From Naegleria gruberi (lineage: Eukaryota): a stretch of DNA of 64,000 nt. Shown here one piece after another: positions 12,863-24,233 of this stretch. Below the pieces are notes generated by a model. That model was given only the letters and a program-made list of their open reading frames with translations, was not told the origin of the DNA and made no database searches. The first letter of the stretch is position 1. The number at the start of each line of letters is the position of its first letter. The DNA lies in assembly GCA_000004985.1 (NCBI GenBank), contig GG738923.1; one strand, written 5' to 3'. The position numbers and the translations under genes are program-made.

Positions 12863-13758
12863 GTTTTAGTAGTTGAGTTTTCCAATTGTTTTAATATCTA
12901 CATGGACACTTTCATCAGTGTCAATTCCAATTTCTTCCGTTAGATCTGCTAACTTCATCTCTGCTTTGTCTGCAAAACCGAGTAGCATAGTCATGGCCAA
13001 CTCTTTTCTCTTTCTCCATTCTTTCAGATACTTTTCAAGACCTGCAACAGCATCCTTCTTTTCTTGTGGAGATACTAATTTGATTGAACCATTCTCTAAT
13101 CTTTCTAATTTCTCACGCCTTCCCAAAAGATCTTTTCTTTCCTTTTCAATCATACCCTTCAATTCTTCTGTTGTTGGTGCCTTGTTCAACTTGTTGAGTT
13201 CGGCAGTAAGCTCTTGGTTAGAAATCTTGTATGATGATAACTCCTTTTGAATATCTCTGATTTCAATATCTATTTGTTTGAGTTCCTCCTTTGACAAGAC
13301 TTCGAGATCAGCCTGATTTCTGAACCACATCTTTTGCTTTCCATTTGCTTTCATCACCAACTCTCCTTCACCCTCCAATTTATCCAAACACTTGGTCACC
13401 ATAGCCTTTTTAATTTGACCTCCCATATTATCAATTACTTGTTGAAGACTGTAAGGTCTAAACATCATCATTAGAAATACATTATCGGAATATGAAAAAC
13501 TTACCTATTCTGATTCTTTAAATATTCATGGATCATTGACTTGGCTTCTGATTCATTCTTGATGGTTGGTTTGGCTCCCTTCTTTGCTGCTCCTTTTGTT
13601 GCAGTCTTCTTTGCAGGAGCCTTCTTGGTTGTTTCCTTCTTCTTTGTCTTTTTAGGCTTCTTTTCAGTCTCCTCTTCCTCTTGAGTTTCTTCCTTACTAC
13701 TTGTTTCGTCAGCAGACTCTTCCTCTGCTTCAGCTGCTCTCTTTCTCTTACCTGCCAT
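12863..13758 (-). CDS. hop2: HOP2/TBPIP (PSMC3IP) homologous-pairing protein homologue carrying an N-terminal lysine-rich, histone-H1-like extension. Two exons, with an intron at about 13463..13506.
   Basis: Exon 1 (ORF 13501..13758) ends ...IHEYLKNQN-R. Across a gtaagt..tttag intron it continues PYSLQQVIDNMGG... (ORF 12866..13471). The junction and the downstream coiled-coil/KEWRKRK region align with mammalian TBPIP (LRYLQEQNRPYSSQDVFGNL...CKEWRKRKR). Confidence 0.7.
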
Positions 13759-13858
13759 TTGTCAAGTGTTTTGTTGTTTTTTTTGATTGTGTTTAAAACA
13801 CAGTGCTTCTATTAATAAGGTGAAAAAAGGCTTTGTGGAATACATTGTAAAGTCAAGC

Positions 13859-16176
13859 CTAAAAATCATCATCGCCAATTAACTCTTCTCTGTGTTTTGC
13901 CAATACCATTTCTGTTTGACGGAGTTTTTCTTGAGAATTGACAAGATTTTCTGTCAACTCTTGAATTTGAGCATCTTTCTTTGAGATGACTTGTTTGATA
14001 TTCTCCATCAAACCTTCCATCTCTGAATTCTTTTGTTCGGTCAACTCTTCAAGTTCAATCTTGTGATCTTCCTCGGCCTTCTTGAATGATTCTTCCAATT
14101 CTGCCTTTTCTTCAACAATATCATCTCTTTCCTTTGAGATTTGTTTAATCTTGGATTCCAAATCCTCACGAACACTCTTCATCGTGATAGACAAATCTTC
14201 CTCCTTCTTTGACATTTTCTTCTTTAATGTACTGAGATTGGATTCATCATCTTCAATTCTTTGCTCTAGTTCCTTGATTGTGTTATCCTTTTCCTTGAGT
14301 TTAGTCTCCAGTTGATTACTATTCTTGGCACTATTCATATACTTTTCTTTCCAATCATTGGATTCAGACTTGATTCTTGAAATTTCATTATCAGAGTCAT
14401 TTCTTGTCTTTTCAAGTCTCTTTTCATAATCTTTGATAATTTGTTGTTTGTTTTGATAGAACTCATCCTGTAACTTGGAAATAATCATTTCAACTTGGTC
14501 TTCCATTTGCTTGTTCATCTTCTCATATTGAGATTTTTGCTTTTCTCTTAATTCTTGTTGGCACTTTTGAGCATAATTATTTTGCCACTGCTCCTTTTCC
14601 AATTCCCATTTTGTTTTGAGTGTTGTTACATCCTCTGATTGTCTCTTTTCATAGTCCTTGTGTATCTTCTCAATTTCGAGTCTATGTTTTTCCTCGAGTT
14701 CTTTTTCTCTTGCTTTGACTTTTTCCAGATTGTCTTGATAGATTCTACGTTCTTCCATGAGAAGTTTTTCGGCCCTGTCTCTTTCATTCTTGATTTGAAT
14801 ATTATATCTTGATTCCAAATCATCCAATTCCTTTTGTCTTCTTTGTTTCTGAAGTTCAACTTCTGAAACGCTTTCATTCTTTGCTCTATCAAGAGAATAT
14901 TCAAATTCACGTTTAAACTTTTCTCTAAGCTCCTCCATTTTTGAGTCAGCTTGTTTCAATAGCTCAGCTTTTTGTCTTCTCATTTCATTTTGATAAAAAT
15001 CTTCAAGCTTTGCTTTTTCTTGCTTGTGTCCTAATAACATTTTCTGAATTTCTGGTTCCATATCCTTGATCATCGTTTCCTTAACTTTCTTTTCTTTATC
15101 AGCCATCCAGTTAGTTCTCCTAACCTTTTCAGCAGCTTCCCAATTTTCCTTAGATCGTTTCAGATCATTTTCATATCTTTCAGACAACATTTTAATCTTT
15201 AGTTCATACTTCTCATCAATTACCTTTGCCTCCTTTCCCAGTTCAGTACATTTGTTATTCAGAGTTTCCTTCTCCTTTAATAGTTTTTCAATTAATTTGA
15301 TTTGTTTGGCGAATGTTGTTTCAAATTCCTTTTGTTGTTGTTCCAAAATTTGCTTTTCGTGTTCCTTACTATTTCAAGATCAGGCTATTCTAAAAAAATA
15401 AATAATTGGAATACTTACAATTTCTTCTCCACACTATTGTAGGCATCCTTTAGCTTTGTTATTTTTTCTTCCAACAGTCCAATCTTTCTATCCTTTTCCT
15501 TAATTGTGGCCTTGAGTGTATTCATCTTATTCTTTACCCCATCGTAGAGTGAAGCTGCCGCAGCTGGTTATGTCAATAAGATAAAAATCCTGAAAGAAAA
15601 CATACCAGTTGGATTTGCTTTTTCATTTTCAATTCCTGAAATTGTTGATTCCTCATCGAAAGAACTATCTAAACTATATGGTCTCTGATTGGAAGCTGAT
15701 GAATTAATGGAAATGTATGAGTGAGAAGGAGATGGTGGAACAATGGAGAGAGGATTTGATGTTGTTGAATAACTCTTAACTTCGGGAATTACTGCTGGCT
15801 TATCGGCCTCTTCCAAGTATTTGAGAAAGTTATTTAATTTGTCATTCTTTTGTCCTCCACTAACGCTGTTATTACTACTCGTTGCTGATGTTGTAGAGGT
15901 TGTTGATGTGGTTCTTCTCGTTGATGAAGACGGCCTTCTTATTGTAGATTGAGACAAGGTCGATTTCACCTCATCGGTTTTCTTTGTAGACATTCTCTCC
16001 AGTGTTTTAAGTGTCTTCATAGAGAGTCCTGTTGATGCTGACAGATCCGAAGAAGAAGAAGGAGGAGACCTGTTCTTTCTACGTGATGATTCAAAATTAT
16101 CAGTTTCTTGTCCTATCATTTTTTTCTGTTTAAATTTTGGCGGTAAAAAGAATTGAGGGATGATGTTCCCAGACAA
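13859..16176 (-). CDS. Long coiled-coil protein with a Ser/Thr-rich N-terminus. At least three exons, with introns at about 15361..15414 and 15558..15597.
   Basis: ORF 15568..16176 supplies an S/T-rich N-terminus ending at a gtatgt intron. A middle exon AAASLYDGVKNKMNTLKATIKEKDRKIGLLEEKITKLKDAYNSVEKKL joins ORF 13859..15346, which is an E/K/Q-rich heptad-repeat sequence of about 495 aa. Confidence 0.5.
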
Positions 16177-16219
16177 AATTGTAACAAGAATTGATTTTTA
16201 ATTGTTTTTTGATGAATAA

Positions 16220-17290
16220 TTATTGATCGAATCGTTGAGTGTATGGTGTTTCAATACCAATCTTTTTAAGGGCATCAATTGGTAAGGCAAAGGTTGGATC
16301 AATAGTCTTTAAACCATACTTGTCTCCATAACCTAATAAACTCAAACCACCAATTCCAAAGAAGGTGTGGAATACATCAACCATATTATTTGGTCTATCA
16401 CTGATACCTCCCTTTTCAGTGTCTTGACAATTGCAAATGTAGTCATGTAATTTTTCAGCATTAATCCAATGAACACGATCCATAATTCCCAAAGCACTTA
16501 AAACCCACCACGAGTAACAGACATCTGAAAGTTTTTCTGGTCTACCATTGAGACCTCCATTTTCGCATTGTCTTTCACACAACCACCATGAAAGAGTATC
16601 ATGATCAAATCTATCCAATGCTTTGGCAATTGACAAGGCACCAACACAAGTAAAAATTTGTCCAGCATGTGATTCAGCTCCAGGACAAACACCAAATCCT
16701 CCATCAAAGTTTTGGCATGAAAGTACATAATCTACAGTTTTTTCTACATTGATATATTTCTTATTATTGATCTTGTCACCTCTATAATTTGAACAAGTTT
16801 CAAGAAGACCCAATAATGCTAAACAATTGAGTGCACAATAACTAAATCTTGTGTCAATTTCTCCCCATTTATCTCCTGAAAAACTACCATCTTCCTTTTG
16901 TAAAGATCCAATAAATTCACCAATTTTTTCAATTTGTTCAAGAGTTAAAAACTCTTCAATATTACTTGTCAAGAGAACCAATAATTGAACAGCTGATAAT
17001 GTATACAAAATATGAGCATCATGATTAGGAGCTCCAGCAAACCCACCAACATCAGCATGATAACTATCTCTAATAAATTGCAAAATATGTTCTCTATTCA
17101 TTTTCGATGATTCACTCATCAAATCCATACCTGTTAATCCCCAATACATTCCCGACATTCTCAAATGTTCCGTAACACAATACTCGAAGGTTGTTTGTTC
17201 CTTCTCCTCTAAATGTTGAATATAATCAATGTGTGCATGTTTGGCAAATTCTTGTACTGAAGATGATGGTGATGTTTGTTGTTGACTCAT
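16220..17290 (-). CDS. Rab geranylgeranyltransferase (GGTase-II) beta subunit.
   Basis: Intronless 356-aa ORF with prenyltransferase alpha-alpha toroid repeats (GGFGVCPGAESHAGQIFTCVGAL, GGLNGRPEKLSDVCYSWWVLS). Its N-terminus matches RabGGT beta (HIDYIQHLEEKE...HLRMSGMYWGLT). Confidence 0.85.
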   Translation of the reverse strand: MSQQQTSPSSSVQEFAKHAHIDYIQHLEEKEQTTFEYCVTEHLRMSGMYWGLTGMDLMSESSKMNREHILQFIRDSYHADVGGFAGAPNHDAHILYTLSAVQLLVLLTSNIEEFLTLEQIEKIGEFIGSLQKEDGSFSGDKWGEIDTRFSYCALNCLALLGLLETCSNYRGDKINNKKYINVEKTVDYVLSCQNFDGGFGVCPGAESHAGQIFTCVGALSIAKALDRFDHDTLSWWLCERQCENGGLNGRPEKLSDVCYSWWVLSALGIMDRVHWINAEKLHDYICNCQDTEKGGISDRPNNMVDVFHTFFGIGGLSLLGYGDKYGLKTIDPTFALPIDALKKIGIETPYTQRFDQ

Positions 17291-17481
17291 TTTTTGTTCT
17301 TATGATTTCATCAAAACCAAAATCTTGCTTATTGGTGGCAATTACCTCATCATCATACTTTACAATTTATTATTTATTAAATTATTAATGGTAAAACATG
17401 ATGAGAGAGAACTTTTAACTAGTAGTGTGCGGAACAAAAGTTCATGAACTATTGATAATAATCATAGAAGAAAAAAACAAA

Positions 17482-18442
17482 ATGTCGAGTCAGCCTAAAA
17501 GATTGAAATCTGTTGGATTAACAGGTATGTGTTATTATTGCTGATGTATTTATCATCTTCATCAACAACGTTATATTACGTAATAAAACAACACAGGAGG
17601 TATTTGCTCTGGAAAGAGTACTGTCGTATCCTATCTGGGCGAACTCATCAAGGAATATGAACAATTACACTCACAATCACCATCAGAGCACCACAAGATA
17701 TTCTTCCATGTTATTCCTACTGATGAATTGGGTTGGAAAGCCTATAGTGTTGGCACTGAATGTTATAAACAGGTTGTTGAGGTTTTTACTCCTCTAGTGA
17801 AGCAAATTGTAGGAGAGGAGGCTTCTCTTCTGGATGAACAACAACAAATTAATAGAAGAATGTTAGGTAATTATATTATATAATCTATTCTCACCTCTGT
17901 ATACATGATCAAAATAATTATTTTAATAATTTAATAATTATTAATTTAATATTGGATTATTGAATAATGATTAATAACAACAAATAGGGAGGGTAGTATT
18001 TGGAAATTCGGAATTGATGAAGAAACTCACAGATATTGTATGGCCAGAAGTTAAACGATTAATCAATGTGGAAATCTCCAAGGCTGAACAAGAAGCCATC
18101 AATGAGAAGGTTGTCTGCCTAATTGAATCAGCAGTTCTAGTCGATGCTGAATGGCAACAAGGAATTGATAAAGTTTGGGTCATTGATGTGAGTAATACAG
18201 AGGAGAGAATTCAAAGACTCTGCAGTAGAAATCAATTGACCATTGAGGAAGCAAAACAAAGAATCAATTCACAAGCAATTGCATCTGTTGTGCTTGAAAA
18301 ATTAGCTCACTATAATGATAATGTCATTCCACATAATCCAATTGAAGTGACCTACTTGGATACTCATAATTTAACATTGGATCAGGTGAAGGAAAAGACT
18401 AGAGAAATGTTTTATTCACAAATTGTTGGAGATTGGAAATAG
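17482..18442 (+). CDS. Dephospho-CoA kinase (CoaE). Three exons: join(17482..17524,17597..17866,17988..18442).
   Basis: Exon 1 MSSQPKRLKSVGLT plus exon 2 GGICSGKSTVVSYLG gives a P-loop exactly as in DPCK (GLTGGIGSGKST). GT..AG boundaries are gtatgt/acag and gtaatt/aatag. Exon 3 is ORF 18014..18442. Confidence 0.75.
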
Positions 18443-18554
18443 TTTAATTAGACGGTAGCTACCAAATCCAATAACATGAAATATCAAAAGGATTCGGTAG
18501 CCATACCTATTAGACAGATGACTTGATCAACACTTTTCCAGTTTCGAATAAAAA

Positions 18555-20993
18555 GTGAAAAAAATGTCATACTTTTCCTCTCGTTCCAATGTATTGAGTG
18601 GAAGTGAAGATCTTTCTCTCTTGAGTTCCCGTCAAGTCCCTTCAAAAGAAGAATCCGATTCTGACCATTTAGTTGATTTGAAACATTCTCTCAAGGATTT
18701 ATCTTCTTTTGCATTATACGAAAGGATTGAACAACAACATTTAAAGCATTCTGATTTGTTTAAATTATATTGTCAGAGTATTGCTCCAAATTCGATACCT
18801 CCTTTAACTGTTTCTAACACTAGTAATTCATCATCATCAACAACACCATTACTTGTTCACTCTCGTTCCGAGAATAGTTTACTTTCGAATTCTTCATCCA
18901 ACAATGTATACAAATCACTATTAGAAATGGTAAACTCCAATGATATTCTCTTTTCCATTGTTATTTGGATTGCCACTCAAATCCCACTCAGTCAAAGATA
19001 TTCGAAAAGTTTAAAAAAGAATTTTGACAAAGTTTTCACATGCAAGACTTTTATTTCTCTCTTAACTTCACAACTTCACAAACAACAAATGCTCTACTTT
19101 CCAAGTATAAACTATGCTGGAATTAAGAGTCATATGGATATTGTTGAGAAAATCAATTCACTCTACAAGATATTTAATCCATCGAATCAACTGCAGCAAC
19201 AATCAGTACTTTCGTATAATGATGAATCATTCTCTTTTAAACAAGCTTGGTCAAAGGTTCAGGCTGAAACTTTTGGTCAATTTCTATTAGAAATTGGAAT
19301 TATTCAAAATATTAAGCCAGAGAAGAAGAGAAAATTTGCAGAGAGGTCTCACTATTACATGTTTAGTATAGAAACCATCTTGTACTATGCTGAATTGTTT
19401 TTTGAAGATAAGGTTTCAAGTCAACAACAACAAAATGTTCTCAATCAATTCAGAAATCCAAGTTTTAATGATAGTGGCTTTACTGCATTTTCACAAAATG
19501 TAAATTCTCCATTCTTGTCCAATATTTCAGCTGCCTCAATGCATTTGGTTTCAATTGGACAAAATTTACAAAAGAGTTCCTTATTGAATTTGATTGTTTC
19601 TCAGGAGAGAGAATTTGAAATGATTCAGGGTCATATTAAGAAAACTCATGAAGAAATTGCTCAAGAGTCTAATTCTAGTGGCTCATCATTGGATGTTACT
19701 TCTCCGAGAAGTGGAGAATCACCATCACAACTCAGTGATGCCACAAGTAGTGCATTCTCATTGGTATTTAGACAGGACCATCAACGATCCAAATCGAGAG
19801 ATTTTGCCAGAACTGCACCAAAAGTTAATCACCACAGAATGAGCACCAATTTAAGTTTAAATACTGATCAGATTTGGAATCAACCAAAAGATTTGGAACT
19901 CAAAGAGGTCATTAGAGGAAAGAATCAACACTTATTCGAAACTCCAACCTTGTCACCTCGTTCTAGATTTTACGAAGAAAATGGAATCAAGGCCAAGATT
20001 CAATCCGTTCAACAAGCTCTCAATAATCCAACTATCAATGAGGAATTCACACAATATTGCACCAAGGATCATTCAGAGGAAAATATTCTTTTCTGGAAGG
20101 AAATTCAATCCTATAAAAGGATCCAATCTCCAAGTGAAAGAAAGCTAAAATTCAAAGAATTGGTTTCTCAATTTGTGTCAAGCAATTCTCCACATTCTAC
20201 TCCAGTCAATTTAGAATCAAAGATTGTAACAAGCTTTTTAACACTTGCTGAGGAAAATGAGGAAAATATTTCATTCTTTTCCACTGAAGTTTTCAATGAA
20301 TTGGAATGGTTGGTCGTCAATAATTTGAAAGACACCTTTACAAGATTCAACGATGAAAGAAATAAGGAAATAGATTCTCAAATTGATGAATTACAACAAA
20401 ATCTCAGACTTGAAGCAATCAAGAAGGAGCAACACTCAAAGAGTTTCCTCTCCCAAGTAGCCAGTGCCATTGGTCGTAAGAAGACAAACAGTACATCAAC
20501 AAATAATGCACACAACAATCTCATAATACCACCTCCAAAGCTACAAGTTGCAGTTGAGGAAAACAAGAAGGAAATGGAAAGAGTACCAGCGCATGAGTAT
20601 TGCACTCTTGAGGCTGTTCTTTGCAGTCCCAATGCCAGAAAACAATTTAGAATATTCTGTAAGAAGGAGCATGCTGAGGAGTACATTTTGTTCTTGGATT
20701 CCGTTGATGAGTACAAGACATTTACAGGAAAACTCGACAGATGCAAGAAGGCACACGAAATTTTCAATATATTTATTGAGCTACCAACTTCTGGATCATT
20801 CCTACATGAAGAGGATGTTCGTACTCTCGACTGTACAAAAGATGAAAGAGAAACCATACGTAAAAAGTTAGATAGTGGTGAATTGGAAATGTTTGATGCT
20901 GTAGTAATCAGTATTCAAAATCAAATGTTGGATGTTTACAATCGTTTTGCAACAGCTCAAATGGAATGGAAAGCAAAGAAAATGCTAATGTAA
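18555..20993 (+). CDS. Protein with two RGS (regulator of G-protein signalling) domains.
   Basis: 812-aa ORF. RGS-box signatures occur twice: FTQYCTKDHSEENILFWKEIQSYKR, and FRIFCKKEHAEEYILFLDSVDEYK...FNIFIELPTSGS. Confidence 0.7.
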   Translation: MKKMSYFSSRSNVLSGSEDLSLLSSRQVPSKEESDSDHLVDLKHSLKDLSSFALYERIEQQHLKHSDLFKLYCQSIAPNSIPPLTVSNTSNSSSSTTPLLVHSRSENSLLSNSSSNNVYKSLLEMVNSNDILFSIVIWIATQIPLSQRYSKSLKKNFDKVFTCKTFISLLTSQLHKQQMLYFPSINYAGIKSHMDIVEKINSLYKIFNPSNQLQQQSVLSYNDESFSFKQAWSKVQAETFGQFLLEIGIIQNIKPEKKRKFAERSHYYMFSIETILYYAELFFEDKVSSQQQQNVLNQFRNPSFNDSGFTAFSQNVNSPFLSNISAASMHLVSIGQNLQKSSLLNLIVSQEREFEMIQGHIKKTHEEIAQESNSSGSSLDVTSPRSGESPSQLSDATSSAFSLVFRQDHQRSKSRDFARTAPKVNHHRMSTNLSLNTDQIWNQPKDLELKEVIRGKNQHLFETPTLSPRSRFYEENGIKAKIQSVQQALNNPTINEEFTQYCTKDHSEENILFWKEIQSYKRIQSPSERKLKFKELVSQFVSSNSPHSTPVNLESKIVTSFLTLAEENEENISFFSTEVFNELEWLVVNNLKDTFTRFNDERNKEIDSQIDELQQNLRLEAIKKEQHSKSFLSQVASAIGRKKTNSTSTNNAHNNLIIPPPKLQVAVEENKKEMERVPAHEYCTLEAVLCSPNARKQFRIFCKKEHAEEYILFLDSVDEYKTFTGKLDRCKKAHEIFNIFIELPTSGSFLHEEDVRTLDCTKDERETIRKKLDSGELEMFDAVVISIQNQMLDVYNRFATAQMEWKAKKMLM

Positions 20994-21149
20994 AATGTTC
21001 AATATTTTCATCAATCAATGTAAAATAAATAATTTCTTTAAATCCAAGTCCATACAATATTTACATGTTTTATAGCCAACAAGTTCGAAATCATTTGTTA
21101 GAAATTTTGGTTCCAAAGACACATTGTAATGAGATAAGGAAATAGTAAA

Positions 21150-22766
21150 TTAATTTGAATGCAATCTTTCCAAACTTGGAATATTTCTTCTGATGATGTA
21201 CTTAATGGTCATGTCTTCTTCCTCTTCCTCTTCTTCATCTTGAATCCATTCTTTACCAAGAGATGTATCACTAAAAACGAGGTCTGGGTTTTCAGTCAAA
21301 TCCAAAACTCTTAACTTTTTTAGTTGACTTTCCTTTGAAGCAAGCAAAATAGAAAACTCGTTAGCGATATTACAATGGCGCAACCATAAATGCTCCAAAT
21401 TGGACAAGAATGGGCTTTTGATAAGTGTACCCAATCCAATATCACCCATTTGGTGGGAAAACAGCTTTAGGATTTTGAGATTTTTCATATTGGAACAATT
21501 AAAATACTGATAGCTCATAGATTGGTCTCGGCCCGCCAACTCTAGCTCTGTAAGATTGTTCAATCTATTGGTAATGTATTTTGTAGACTCTATTGAGAGA
21601 TTATCAACTCCATATAACAGCAAAGATGATAATTTGGTAAATGAGGATGTAATTAGATCTATAGAGTGATCTGTAAGTTTTTCGTTATATGAAATATCCA
21701 GCCTTTTCAATGTCTTTCCAAATTCTCCTCCACATAAAATCTGTATTTCTAGATCAGTTAGTCCACTATCAGGCATTGCTAAAGTCTCTAGTTTACTCAA
21801 TTGGTGCAACTGATCTATATTGATAACTGTTGCTCCCTCAAACTCTAATATTTTCAAATTAGAAAACTTGGGATGCTTGAAATAATTTCCACTCATATCA
21901 ACATAACAAGAATGTGTAATTAATTCCACAATGTTAGAAATATGTTGACAATTTGCCAATTCTTCCATTATTGATACGTCACAAACGTCAGAAATATACA
22001 GCTTGGATAAATTTTTCATATTTTCGTTTTGGAGAAGTTGTTTAAAACTACCTTCCTCAATATTACAATGTTTCATCTGAAGACAAGTTAAACTTTCCAT
22101 TCTAGAAATAGCCTTGCAAGGATCTCTAATACCATTCAATTTGATTGTTTTCATATTTTTTCTCAAAATTTCATTATTAGCTATCGGATAAAGGTTTTCA
22201 ATACTTGAATTGAATTCCAAGTTCAATTCAATCAAATTGCACATGAATTTCTCATCAATTAGTCCACAAAATTCACAAATATTTTCATCTGATAAATGAT
22301 TGGAACTCAAATCAAGACTGGTCAAGTTGGGAAATAAGGAAATGTCTGTATTGGACTCTTTCAGTTCCCTGAAAACCTCAATTCCATCTCCTAAACAGCA
22401 TCTAGAGAATGTTAAACATTTCAATCTATCCTTCAATACTTGACTTTCAAAAATTGATTCTAAATACTCTTTACCTTCATCATTACTTGCAGTAATTTCA
22501 ACAAATTCCAACGAATAATCCAAGAGTTCAGAAGCATGCCACCAATCCACAGAAATTAAACGAGCCACCGATAATACAAACTGACTATCCAAATATTCGC
22601 AAATATTAAAACATAAATCCTTGGAAAATACAGATATTAGCCTTCCGAGTGATTTTCTTTTCTTATTTGATGATGATCCGTTAATATTGCCATCATGATC
22701 AGAATCACTATTATCATCATCATCGGAATGGGTGTGAGCATCAATCTGTTCTACTTGTCTTTTCAT
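21150..22766 (-). CDS. Leucine-rich-repeat protein (F-box/LRR-like) with an acidic Asp/Ser N-terminus.
   Basis: 538-aa ORF with many LxxLxLxxN/C repeats (LTSLDLSSNHLSDENICEF, LRVLDLTENPDLVFSD). Confidence 0.55.
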   Translation of the reverse strand: MKRQVEQIDAHTHSDDDDNSDSDHDGNINGSSSNKKRKSLGRLISVFSKDLCFNICEYLDSQFVLSVARLISVDWWHASELLDYSLEFVEITASNDEGKEYLESIFESQVLKDRLKCLTFSRCCLGDGIEVFRELKESNTDISLFPNLTSLDLSSNHLSDENICEFCGLIDEKFMCNLIELNLEFNSSIENLYPIANNEILRKNMKTIKLNGIRDPCKAISRMESLTCLQMKHCNIEEGSFKQLLQNENMKNLSKLYISDVCDVSIMEELANCQHISNIVELITHSCYVDMSGNYFKHPKFSNLKILEFEGATVINIDQLHQLSKLETLAMPDSGLTDLEIQILCGGEFGKTLKRLDISYNEKLTDHSIDLITSSFTKLSSLLLYGVDNLSIESTKYITNRLNNLTELELAGRDQSMSYQYFNCSNMKNLKILKLFSHQMGDIGLGTLIKSPFLSNLEHLWLRHCNIANEFSILLASKESQLKKLRVLDLTENPDLVFSDTSLGKEWIQDEEEEEEEDMTIKYIIRRNIPSLERLHSN

Positions 22767-22862
22767 TTTTTTTTGTAATCAACAAAGTTATTTTTACTCA
22801 TATTAAATTATTAATTTATTAAATATTTATTCCATTTGAAATAAAAGAAAGTTTTAAATGTG

Positions 22863-24048
22863 TATTATTTTAAATATTTGAAATATCTGGTAGAGCACTC
22901 CATGCACTACTTTCAATTCCACATTCATCAGCACCTCTCAACATCCAAAACATTCCATTCTTTTAAAAGATATTGATATTATCTAATTGACATGGAAATA
23001 GATGAAAAACTTACATTTCCCCAATCCGTTCCAAACTCAAATACACAAATCCCTTTAAAGTGTTAATTATTTAACATGATGAAATATTGTAAACTTACAA
23101 TATGGAGTTTGGTCTTCAGCAACTCCCCAACCAATTATTTTAGTGGATGAAAAAGATCCAATATCTTGATCCAAATGTTGATAAACTCCACTCTTGTAAT
23201 TATATAAATCACTTGTGTCAAAGTTTCATTCACACTTTTTGTAAACTCAAATGTACTTACAAATACATCTTGAATCCTGCAGTAATTGAACCATATTTCA
23301 TAATGTCCCTTTGCATGTCTGTGATAATATCCAATGAACCAACACTTCCCTTCTTTATCTTGTATCTTTTCAATGGAGATCCATCTTTACATTGGGTTGA
23401 ACAAGAATCAAACACTTCACCACCTCCACTGCTATATGGAATACATTCCTCAGTAGTTGTTCCATTTCCTTCCAAATAGCTAAAAATATTAGATTCTACT
23501 GCACCTTGACAACCTTGTCTGTCTCTGTCACATTCCAACATGTATTGAGATGAGAGGAGTTTCTTGAATTTTCCACCAGTTGCAATGCAAAATCTATCAG
23601 AAATGGAATCAACAATTGTGAATGTGCCAACTGCGCTGCAACTCATAATATTGTTGGCTGGGAATACACACCCAGGCCATTTCTCTCTCACATCAAATGT
23701 TAATGGAATATCATCATTGTTTTCTTGATGATACACATGTCTCTTTCCAATTCTGGAGGTAAATGATGAAGGAGAATTTGCTAATGAATCATCAATTTGA
23801 GGAAGATTCTTCACAAAATCCTTCCACTCTTGTGTTTCAAACTTTTCATATCGTGTGGCTTTCCATTTTGAATTCGGATTGGAATTAATCTTATCGATTT
23901 TATCCTGGCTCATTTGGAAACCATTTGTTAAGATTACAAAATTTGTGGACATGATGATCATGGTAGAGAGTAAGACCACTACAAGGAAGGCAATGGATGA
24001 TGAAGACCTTCTTGCAGTTAATTGATTGCCTGTTACTAGATGTTTCAT
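22863..24048 (-). CDS. Cathepsin B-like papain-family (C1) homologue that is predicted to be catalytically inactive. Signal-anchor N-terminus. About four exons on the minus strand: 23257..24048, about 23094..23206, about 23008..23046 and about 22863..22952.
   Basis: It aligns with cathepsin B (REKWPGC...SISDRFCI...CDRDRQGCQG...). The terminal exons encode SDLYNYKSGVYQ, IIGWGV and NGMFWMLRGADECGIESSAWSALP, which match cathepsin B YKSGVYQH, ILGWGVE and [24 protein letters not shown]. In place of the CGSCWAF catalytic-Cys motif it reads SCSAVGTF. The Cys, His and Asn positions are V, S/T and E. Confidence 0.6.
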
Positions 24049-24233
24049 TTTTTTTAGGAATTTTAAATCAGGAGCTTGGTTGTCCGGAGTTTATTTGAAG
24101 ACCTCCGTGGAAAATAAATCAAAGGTTACTAAAAAATTTTAGAAATTTCCTTATATTCCTCAATGATAGAAATTTCTATTAATTGTGAATGAATGTATAG
24201 CCAACTTGTTCAACCTTAAAAGAATTCCATGTT

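Noticed and set aside
14082-14910. ORFs 14082..14315 (+) and 14626..14910 (-) inside the coiled-coil gene
   Set aside because: These are frame artefacts of the repetitive Glu/Lys codon-rich sequence.
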